A stretch of 64,000 bases of DNA from contig JBHLSH010000002.1 in assembly GCA_048881705.1 (NCBI GenBank), positions 82,109-146,108 on the forward strand, read 5' to 3'. A model generated the notes under the pieces. That model saw only the letters and a program-made list of their open reading frames with translations. It was not told the DNA's origin and did no database searches. Numbering within the stretch: position 1 is the stretch's first letter; every line of letters begins with the position of its first letter. Both the position numbers and the translations under genes were made by a program. This DNA is from Candidatus Heimdallarchaeota archaeon. GTDB lineage: Archaea; Asgardarchaeota; Heimdallarchaeia; Hodarchaeales; Hodarchaeaceae. Positions 8,652 through 20,600 of the stretch are shown here, piece after piece.

Positions 8652-11600
8652 GTGTATCGGAATAATATCAAAAAAAATCTATTTGTTCTTGGTCTTCTTT
8701 TGATTAATGTCCTTGTGATTTCATTTCCTCTCGAGGAAGAAGGGATTTTTGAATCAGATCATCCTTCGACAGAGATCTTAAGGGCCTCACAATCTCATGA
8801 TCAAGACCAAGTACTATTTCACAACATTCCAAGATTAACAAAAGATGACAGGGCAATTTATGAGAAGACGGATTATAATCCACCTGGTATTAACCTTCGA
8901 ATCTCAGATTATTATACTCCAGGGTGGGCTGATACTAGATTCAATTTTAGAAAGAATATCACAATAGATTCAACGAAGGTAAGCGGAGATTTAACGAATT
9001 TTCCCATTTACATTGACCTCTATGATTCCGATTTGCCACAAAACGCACAAGCTAGTGGTAATGATATTCTATTTACTAATAACTCTGGGCATTTACTTGA
9101 TCACGAAATCGAGACCTATGACCGCGTATATAATTCAACTCACGCGCATCTTACAGCATGGATAAAAACAAATATTTCTAGTTCTCAGGATACGGTCCTC
9201 TCCATGTACTATGGATACCCTGGTGCAATAGATCAATCAAATCCTCGAGGGGTGTGGGATGATAACTATGAGTTTGTTCTCCACATGAACCAAGACCCTT
9301 CCTCTTCTGACATATTAGATAGTACTTCCAATGGCTTTGATTTTGATGTTGAAGTGTCTTCGAGCATGACTTCAAATGATCTAGTAGTTGGACAGACGGG
9401 CACGGCTCTTGCACTGGATGGAACTGATGACTTCATCTATCTTCCTTTAGCTGAGGGTTTTGTCGGCCCTACAGACAAGTTCACATTTGAATTTTGGATA
9501 ATGTTTCCAAATGGAGGGCCAGGGCTGAGAGATACATTGGCCATTCCAGCTACATCATTTGGCGCCCCACATTTATATTTTTTTCAGCAATCTGAATTTA
9601 AGGTAGCGACTTCAGGATCGACGTATGTTCAGACATCTCAAGACTTTCAAACCACAGTAGGTACTTGGCAGCATATAGTAGCTATCTGGGATGGAACAGG
9701 TGGAGGGATCCATCAACTCTATCTCAATGGTTCATTGGATGCAAATGATCCAACGCCACTAACCGGTACACATGTTGCTTGGAATACGCTCTCAATAGGA
9801 ACTGAGGACTTACCCGGTGATGGGCCTGGTGGCAGTTATGATAATGCCCGTAATCTCCATGCAACAATAAGTGAATTTCGGTTATCAAACGTAGTACGAT
9901 CCGTTGACTGGATAAACACAGAATATGAAAACCAAAACTCCCCTAAGTCATTTTATTCGGTTAGTTTGGAGGAGAAGCATTCAAATATCTCCGAATGGCA
10001 TTTACCTGGTTTTAAGTATCGAAAAGGTATTACCATTGATGCCACAGAAGTAAGCGGCGGCGGAATTCTCACCAATTTTCCGGTATTGATAGATCTATAT
10101 GATTCTGATCTACATCATCCAGATAAAGTTCAAGCCGATGGTGACGATATAGTATTTTCAGATGCTTCAGGAAATTTGCTAGATCATGAAATTGAATTAT
10201 TTGACCAGAATTATGATTCAACTAACGCTCATATGATTGCATGGATCGAAATTCCCAGCCTTTCAGGCACTGTTGATACTGAAATGTTCATGTATTTTGG
10301 CAATAAGGGCATTGGGATTCAGCAGAATCCGACAGGAGTATGGGATTCAAATTATATAGGTGTATGGCATCTAAATCAGGATCCTTCGGGAACAGCACCT
10401 CAAATAATAGATAGTACCGCCCCCGCTACTCATGGTACATCCAACGGATCGATGACCTCTAATGATCTAATTGCAGGAAAAATCGGGTATGGTCTGAGTC
10501 TCGATGGAGCTGATGATTTTATTGACTTTGGTAATCCCTCAGAGGTTCAAATTACGGGAGCCATCACCGTCGAATCATGGTTCCGTGCACTGGAAGATCA
10601 AAACGAGTATTTAATTTCAAAGAATGGCCCGGGACCGGATAAACGTTCATGGGATTTAAGTTTTGATCCTTTTAATGGCACCCACGGCAAACTAGTCTTT
10701 CGGTATGATACAGATGGAGTTTTGCCTCATTATGGAGAAGTAGATAACGTTTATTATGAAATTGGCCAATGGCACCATGTTGTGGGTGTATTTAGCCCCT
10801 CTAACTATTTAAGGATGTACCTAAATGGTCAATTGGTTTATGATAATTCAACAGCTGCCCCTTCCCAGTATGATGCAGGAAATCCGCTACGTATTGGAGC
10901 TAGAGGAGACGATCCTCCAGGTAGCTTTTATAATGGCTCAATTGATGAAGCTCGCATCTCCAATATAGCTCGTTCATCAGATTGGGTAATTACGGGATAT
11001 AAAAATCAATTTGATCCGAACGGGTTTTCTTCTATCGGTTCTATCGAGATACGTGGTAATTGGACTTTACCCTATTTGAGATTTAAAAAGAGCATTGCAA
11101 TTAAAAGTTCCGAGGTTTATGGAACAGGAAATCTGTACAATTTTCCTGTTCTAATAGATCTATACGATTCTGATCTCCGTGCAACTGAAAAGGTACAAAC
11201 GGATGGGGATGATATCGCTTTTACTGATGCCAATGGGGCACGATTGGACCATGAGATTGAACTTTTCGATCAAAGCTTCAATTTATCATATGCTCATTTA
11301 ATGGCATGGGTAAAAATTCCAATTCTTTCTGGTACTACAGATACCACCATATACATGTGGTATGGAAATTCAGCTGTTAAATCATTGGCGAATCCTATAG
11401 GTGTGTGGCAGGATTATGGGGCGGTTTGGCATCTGAATGATGACTTCTTGGATTCCACAGCAAACAATAATGATGGGACAAATTATCAATCAACTGATGT
11501 CGGTGGAAAGATCGCGGATGGCCAAGATTTTGATGGGATTAATGATTATATCAATGTTGGATCAGATTCAAGTATTGATAACATTTTTAATGGAGGGGCA

Positions 11601-14600
11601 ACTATTTCAGCCTGGATTTATCCTGAAGGATGGGGTGGCGGTTATTATGGTCGGATTCTGGATAAAGCTGCTCAAACAGCAGGTACAAATGGATGGGTAT
11701 TGTGTATCGATGGTACAGGAAATCCTTATAACCATTTATTATTTTACAGAGACTTTAGTACAAGCCGAGGACTCTGGTACACTCCTACGGACTCAATAAG
11801 TCTTAATCAGTGGCAATACGTGGTAGTAGCTTTCGATGACAGTTCTGATTCAAATGCTCCAAAGGTCTATATTAATGGGATATTACAAACTTTAACCCCA
11901 GAACCTTTGCCTAGTGGGTCGGCTACCACGGATGCCGCTCAATCGTTATATATCGGCAATTTTATGGGTGGAGGTAGAACTTTTGACGGTACAATAGATG
12001 AACCCCGAATTGCATATAATTATCTTTCAAGTGATTGGATTCAAACCGAGTTTAATAACCAAATAAATCCTTCAAATTTCTATACAATTGGTTTAGAAGA
12101 AGAGAGGTTATGGGCTGACACGTCATTCCGTTACAGTAAAGATATCAGCATTAATCAGTCTGAGGTATCCTCTGACTTTACCGATTTCCCTGTGCTAATT
12201 GATATTATTGATAGTGACCTAAAAAGTGGAAAACTTCAATCAGATGCGTCTGATATATTGTTTATAGATTCAATAGGGGTAAAACTTGATCATGAGATTG
12301 AATCATTCACTCAGTCTGGAAGCGATGGTCATCTAACAGCTTGGGTAAGAGTACCCTATTTGTATGATGCAGAAGACACAGTTATCACAATGTATTACGG
12401 TAATTCAAAGATTAGCAATCAAGAAAATCCTGATAATGTATGGGATTCAAATTTCAGAGGGGTGTGGCATCTTTCTGAAGATCCGTCAGTATCCCAAATA
12501 TTCGATAGTACGTCGTACAATAATCATGGAACTGCTACTAACCTGGCTTCTGATGATCAAGAAAGCGGTCAAATAGATGGCAGCATTGATTTTGATAATG
12601 TCCAAGACCAAATTAATTATGGGGATAAATCTTCTTTAAATATGGGTTCGGGTGATTTTTCACTTTCTTTATGGTTTAATTATGATGGTGTAGACAAGGG
12701 ACCGCTAGCAGGAAAAGGATCCTATGGCTCTAATGGAATTAGGTATTATATTGCCATGGATACAACGCAAGGCCTAATAAAAGGAGAAATCGATGATAAC
12801 GGGGCTTCAGGAAAGAAAGTAATTACTTCCACTGTAACTTATGGAGATAATTTATGGCATCATGCGGTATTAGTAAGAGATGGGAATTACCTAAGATTTT
12901 ACATTGATGGCGTTGAAATTCCGGGATCACCTATTGACATCACTGGGTATGGGAGTCTTGATTTGGCTTTACCTTTCTATATGAACACGTTAGCTAGTGA
13001 TACTGGCGGAACTCTAAGTGATTGGACTAGCGCCAAACTGGATGAAGTTCAGGTTTCAAACTCCGTTCGTACCGCAGATTGGATTAGTGCTCAGTACACC
13101 AACCAACACACCCCAACGAGCTTTTATTCAGTTGGAACAGAGTTTTATCTAGATAAAACTCCCCCCGTTATAAACGATTACGGAACGGAAGATCCAGGAA
13201 CTGGATCAGGAAGATTTTGGGCTGACGTTTCTGATGCTACATCCAGTGTAAATCGTGTAAAAATAAAGATCAATACTACTGAATATGACATGAGCTTTAA
13301 TGGTTCCTATTGGATTTACATTCAATCAGTTAATTATGGAGATACCTATGAGTATCAGATCTCTAATGCGTCTGATGTAAGAGACAACTATATCACAAGT
13401 CCCTCAAGTTTAAAGCTGTCTACTTTTACAGCAGATACAGTTAAACCTTATGTTGATGATTGGGAATACTTCCCAGGCGAAGGACAATATGGTACGTTCA
13501 AAGCGAATGTTTCAGATTCCTGGGGGATCATTGATAAGGTCATTGTGAATGTTACTGTCGGAAATATTTTACAGGGATACCCCTGGGCTTTGATGGTTCT
13601 AAATGAAACGGGATACATCAATAATACAATCGCAATGAATTCAGGAACGATCAAATTCGTAGTTAGAGTAAATGATACTGCAGGAAACAACTTTACTTCA
13701 GGAGAGCACCAAGGCTACGTACCTATTATTAACCATTATCCGGTCGCAAGTGATATTACGCTTTCTCGTTCTCAAAGTGAAATCTCATTACCGATATATA
13801 GTAATAGTACATTATATCTGAATTATACTTTCTATGATGCTGACGGTGATGATGAAGGGGGAACTGAGATTCGATGGTATTTGAATGGGGCATTACAGTC
13901 AGCCTATAATAATCTCAAAGAGATTCCTGCAACAGCTTTAAACAAGGATGATTTCTGGAATGTGACTGTAAGGCCAAAAGATGGCAAAGATTTTGGTGTA
14001 TTGAATTCTTCTAGCATAATTGCAATTCAAAATACACCTCCGACAGTTACAAGCGCTAGCATAATACCCGTAACCCCCTACACTACTTCTGATCTCAGTA
14101 TCGACTATGTATATTACGATAATGACGGTGATACAGAAAATACCCTTCTCCGAGAGATATATTGGTTTAAAGATAGTGTTTTACAGGATTTATTGAATGG
14201 ATCAACTACTATACTTGCAGGAAATACAACCAAAGGGGAATCCTGGTATTATAAGATCATAGTAAACGATGGTTTTAATTCCTCTGGGACATATACTTCT
14301 TCAAGTGTTATAATTGCCAACAGTGCACCTACAGCAACAGTGTTAACTATTTCGCCTTCAAATCCAACGACCAGCAGCGATTTAACCGCAGGCTGGACGT
14401 TTAATGACGCGGATGGCGACTCGGAGATCACTTATTTCATTGAATGGATTCGGGGGGTCACTCATCAACCGATTTATGACGGGTTGACTACCCTCCCTGC
14501 GGCCGCCACAACCAAAACTCAGGTCTGGTATTTCAAACTCATAGTTAACGATGGAACGGATAATTCGAGTGTATATACCTCTCCATCTGTTAATATATTG

Positions 14601-17600
14601 AATACCGCCCCTACTGCTTCAGGCATCACAATTACTTCAAATCCTCTTACCAGTGATATTTTACAGGCAAGCTGGACATTTAATGACGTGGATGGCGATA
14701 GTGAAAGTACCAGTTGGATCATTCGCTGGTACAAGGACAATGTCTTACTGGCGGGGTATAATGATCTTCAAACCGTCCCCTCAAGTGCCACCTCCAAAGG
14801 AGAAGCCTGGAATTATACTGTAAGGGTACACGATGGCACCAGTTACTCGATTCAGTACAATTCCTCCATAACCACCATTTTGAACAGTCCACCTACCGCA
14901 TCAGGGTTAACAATCACTAATAATCCCACTACAAATGATGCTTTAATCGCTAGTTGGACTTTCAATGATATAGATGGCGATACCGAAGACAGCAATTGGA
15001 TTATCCACTGGTACAAAGACAACGTATTACAGGCAGGCTACACTAATCTTACGACGGTTTCCTCCAGTGCTACCTCCAAAGGGGAGGAATGGAATTATAC
15101 CTTACAAGTGTACGACGGGACAGATTACTCAATACAATATGAATCATCTACTACAGTCATTATAAATACTCCTCCAACAGCTTCGGGTTTATTAATTTCC
15201 CCTGCATATCCAGCTACTTATAATGATCTTTCAGCAAGTTGGACATTCAATGATGCGGATGCCGACTCAGAGATAGCTTATTTCATTGAATGGATTCGGG
15301 GGGTCACTCACCAACCGACTTATGACGGGTTGACTACCCTCCCTGCGGCCGCCACAACCAAAAATCAAGTTTGGTATTTCAAACTCATAGTTAACGATGG
15401 AACGGATAATTCGAGTGTATATACCTCTCCATCGGTAGATATCCTTAATACCGCCCCTACTGCTTCAGGCATCACAATTACTTCAAATCCTCTTACCAAT
15501 GATATTTTGCAGGCAAGCTGGACATTTAATGACGTGGATGGCGATAGCGAAAGCACCAGTTGGATCATTCGCTGGTACAAGGACAATGTCTTACTGGCGG
15601 GGTATAATGATCTTCAAACCGTCCCCTCAAGTGCCACCTCCAAAGGAGAAGCCTGGAATTATACTGTAAAAGTCTACGATGGCACCAACTATTCAATTCA
15701 GTACAATTCCTCCATAACCACCATTTTGAACAGTCCACCCACCGCATCAGGGTTAACAATCACTAATAATCCCACTACAAATGATGCTTTAATCGCTAGT
15801 TGGACTTTTAATGATATAGATGGCGATACCGAGGACAGTAATTGGATCATCTACTGGTACAAAGACAACGTATTACAGGGAGGCTACACTAATCTTACGA
15901 CGGTTTCCTCCAGTGCTACCTCCAAAGGGGAGGAATGGAATTATACCTTACGAGTGTATGACGGGATAGATTACTCAATACAGTACAACTCAGTACTAGC
16001 TACTATAGCGAATTCAGCACCCATCATATCAGGCCAACCATCATTCAATAAGACCAGTGGTGTAGTTTCGAGCGATACTTTGAACGTTACCTACAATTTC
16101 AGCGATGCTGACAGCGATCCAGAAATCACTGGAAATAGAATAGTTTTCTGGTATAAAAATGGGAATTATGATGCCGCCAAAGATAATGACATTATCTTAC
16201 TAAGTTCGGAAACTTTAGCCGGTCAATGGTGGTATTATATAATCAAAGTTTATGATGGAATGGATTATAGCCAAAATTATACTTCTGAACCGGTTTCGAT
16301 CGAAGGCGGGGGACAAACTAATGATCCGCCTATTGCAGGAAATCTGACACTAACTCTCAGTCCAACTACCTTGGATAATTTGATAGCGGATTATGACTAT
16401 TACGATAATAATTCAAATGAGGAAGCAGGAACCCAGATCCGCTGGTATAAAGATGGAATATTGCAACCTCATTTAAATGATACAAAGACAATTCAATCCA
16501 GTGAGACAGCAAAAGGAGAGGTGTGGAACTTCACAGTTAGACCTAAGGATGGCTTAGAATTTGGAAATATTGTTTTTTCGAGTAGTGTAATGATTTTAAA
16601 TACTCCTCCAACGGCTTCAGGATTAGGTATTACTTCTATTCCCAGGACATCGGATGACCTAGTGGCCGACTGGACTTTTAACGATGTAGATGGCGATACC
16701 GAGGACAATAATTGGATTATCTACTGGTACAAAGACAACGTATTACAGGGAGGGTATACCAATCTTACGACGGTTTCCTCCACTGCTACCTCCAAAGGAG
16801 AGGTATGGAATTATACCATTCAAGTGTATGATGGACAAAATTACTCGATTCAGTATAATTCTTCTAGTACGACCATCCTCAATACCATACCTACCGCGTC
16901 TAACTTGGGACTTACTTTTAATCCATCAACAATTGATGATTTGGTCGTAAGTTATGCGTACAACGATCTCGATAATGATCCGGAAAGTTCTTCATGGGAG
17001 ATTCTCTGGTACAAAGATAATAACCTCCAACCAGGACTCAACGGCACTCAAACGGTTGATGCAGGAAATACGAGCAAAAATGAATTCTGGCATTTCACTT
17101 TAAAAGTCCATGATGGGGAAGGATTCTCTGTTCTTTATATCTCTCCAAGTCGGAAAATCCTTAATACAGCACCTACACTCACGAGTGTAAGTGTTAATTC
17201 TAATCCTACCACCATTATTGACTTAGTGGCAAGTTGGACGTTTTCTGATATCGATAATGATGATGAAAGCACCACGCGTGTTATCAAGTGGTATATGAAT
17301 GGTGTACTTCAGCCCTCATGGGACAATCTCACACAGGTACCAGCGAGCGGGACAAGTAAAGGTGAATTGTGGAACTATACAGTTCGGGTATACGATGGAG
17401 AAGATTATTCAGTTGAATATATATCAAATCTTGTTATAATACTAAATACTAAGCCAATATCCTCGAGTTTGACCCTAACAATAAGTGTTCCGAAAACTTC
17501 AGATAATTTGATCGCTGATTGGAGTTATACAGATATCGATGGAGATCCTGAAAATCTTGGCTGGATAATTCGATGGTACAAAAATGATGTCCTGCAACCC

Positions 17601-20600
17601 ACCCTCAACGACTCAAAAATAGTAACTGCGGGTAATACTACAAAAGATGAAGTGTGGTATTATATTCTCCAAGTTTTTGACGGTGAGGAATATTCCGACA
17701 TTAATACATTAAATCCAACCATAACGATAGCCAATACGAAACCAAGTGCCTCTAGTTTAACAGTCACGGCTATTCCAAGAACTACCGACGATTTGGTGGC
17801 AGATTATAGTTATTCCGATATCGATGGCGACATAGAAACCATTAGCTGGATAATCAAATGGTACCGAGACGGTGGACATTATCCCCTGTATGATGATCTA
17901 AAAATAGTCCCATCAAGTGCAACATCCAAGAATGAAATCTGGTATTTTACTCTACAAGTACATGATGGGACCAACTATTCCAGTCAATACACCTCTCCAC
18001 AAACACAAATCCTTAATAGTGCTCCATCTGCAAGTAGTGTATTTTTCAGCCCAGCCCTTCCAAATGCTTTAAACAATCTCTCTATCACATATAACTGGAA
18101 TGATGATGACACAGCCGATTCCGAGGGAGGGACTCTTATCAGATGGTATAGAAATGATATTCTCCAACAAACATATAATGATTTGAGAACGGTAGATAGT
18201 GCTCTCCTTATCAAGAATGAGCGCTGGAATGTATCAATTAGAGTCTCTGACGGTACAGATTTCGGCGCATGGGTAAATATGAGTGTTATTATTGCTAATT
18301 CAGCCCCAACAATTGTAACAGATTCGGCACAGATATATACTCCATTTACAGGATTATATACAACAAATACCCTTGTGGCAAATTGGGTTGAAAATGATGC
18401 AGATGGAGATAATATAACATCCGTCAAAATAATTTGGGAAAACCGAACAAGCGGATCAGGTTCGTTCATTCCAATATCTCTTTTAGAAAACTTAACAGAG
18501 GTTCCTCCCCAATATACAGCGAAACTTCAGGATTGGCGATTTAAGATTCAAGTATATGATGGCCAAGATTGGTCAGTAGAGGCTACCTCCTTCCTATCAT
18601 CTATCGGTAACTCGGAGCCCATCGTAGAGAATATCTCGTTAGCGGGAGGATTAACAACCACTGATAATATTATACTCAATTATGATTATTATGATGCAGA
18701 TAATGATCCTGAAGGATCAACTGATATTGATTGGACAGTGTTCCATCTAGGCAGTCCTTCATTCATCTCAGGAACCGTCATACTAGATCATTCGAGTTTT
18801 ACCGCTGGCGATGTCGTTTGGTGTGTGATTACACCAAATGATGGAACAGATGATGGAACTCCAGTTGATTCATCAAAATTAGCAGGGTCGAATGTGTTGG
18901 TACAAGTAGGTAACACCGCTCCACTTATCAACACGTCCTTGGGAAGTCCTGAAATTCTAAGTGATCATCCTAATGGTACATCAATATTCAATGCTATTAC
19001 TTCAATCTATGTAAATTACTCGGATTTTGTAATTGATATTGATTCAGGAGAAAGCGATCCAGTATTTGATGTAGATTTCGAGCCAAATTATGATGTGCTG
19101 TATGTACCTGGAGTGACCAAAAACATAGGTGCCCAATATCGATGGTATAAGTTTAATAAAGGTTCTGGAATATGGGAATTGCAATTTGGGCTAACGACTG
19201 CTTACGTCGATTCATTCTTTTTGCATAGAGGAGAGGAATGGAAATGTAGTGTTCGTCCTCGCGATCTATATGGTGATGAGGGGATGTGGGTGAATTCAAC
19301 AACAATTACTATTGGGAACAGTTATCCTATTATTACGGGAGGAATTGAATGGTTAATCCAAAATCCTCAGACCCAAGATAACTTAATTCTCTGGTCTGGT
19401 TTCACGTTTGATTATTATGACTTTGACAACGATCCCATTGATATCGCTCAGACTCTGATCTTATGGTTCAAGAATGGGCAATTAATAAATGGACCCCAGA
19501 ATAATACAATTCTAACTAGTCAATATTTTGCCAAAGGAGATCAAATCTATGTAGTGATTCGTCCTTCTGACGGGATAAACTGGGCCTTACGGAACTACAC
19601 CAGTTCAATAATTGCCATTACTAATACCATCCCCGCCATAACAGATTCAAGTCTATATCCAACAACAATATCGAATGAAGAAATCCTATATCTGGACTGG
19701 ACGTATTTTGATCTTGATAATGATGCTGAAGGGACTTCATGGAGAATCTGGTGGTTCAGAAACGGGGTTTATCAGTCCAATTATGATAATTCCACATCAA
19801 TACCCCTAAAACAGGTAAATAATGGCGAAATATGGAAAGCGGAGTTTCAGGTCTTTGATGGAACAGATTACAGCATTTTATATTACTCTACTGAAATAGA
19901 AACCAAAATTCTTCAAATAGATTATATCTTTGACCCTGTAAGCGGCCAAGTTGATCCCAATGTTAGAGAAAGCGAGTTTTTGGTCGATGATGAGAATTTA
20001 AGTATATCATACTTATTTTCCACGCAAGGTGATGCTTCGGGGCTAATTATTAGATGGTTTAGTACATTGGATAACGGAACTTGGATTGAACGGACCGAAT
20101 TTGAAGGAGATACATCCATCGATCATAAGGTCACATCGCCAGGTGAAAAATGGAAGTGTATGATCTCCCCTCTTGAACAAAGTACTGGTTTTATTTGGGG
20201 AACCATTAATTCTAGTACACTAATGATTGAAAGTAGGCCTGAAATTTTCACTCAGTCTGAGGAAATTGTTACCCCAATGAGTGACATTGAGGGCCATTAC
20301 ATACTACAAATAAATACCTCGGATCTACTCCACGACATTGAAATTGTAATATTCACATTGGAAAATGATACAGTTGAACATTATGCCAGAGAAATAGGTA
20401 ATGGCATTTGGTCAGTAGATTATCAAGTTCCTATTGACAACTTTGAAGAGTTAATGAACTCTGAATTTTTGGGATATGTGAGAGCTGTTACTTCTGTTAA
20501 TTATGCTGGTAAGGACTTTAGTATTTATGTTATTAAACAATTTAACATTAAGATCATTGACAACGCACCTCCACGGGTTCCAAATGTCCAGATGATTCCA

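Noticed and set aside
8476-8703. 75-aa ORF overlapping the start of the giant gene
   Set aside because: No motif, TTG start, overlaps a stronger gene; cannot be supported.
14395-16870. Diversity-generating retroelement template/variable repeat pair
   Set aside because: No reverse transcriptase in the window. Repeats are in-frame tandem protein units with mostly synonymous, non-adenine-restricted differences.
13730-19900. CRISPR-like regularly spaced repeats
   Set aside because: The period of about 280-300 bp corresponds to coding Ig-like domains; no short identical repeats with unique spacers and no cas genes.
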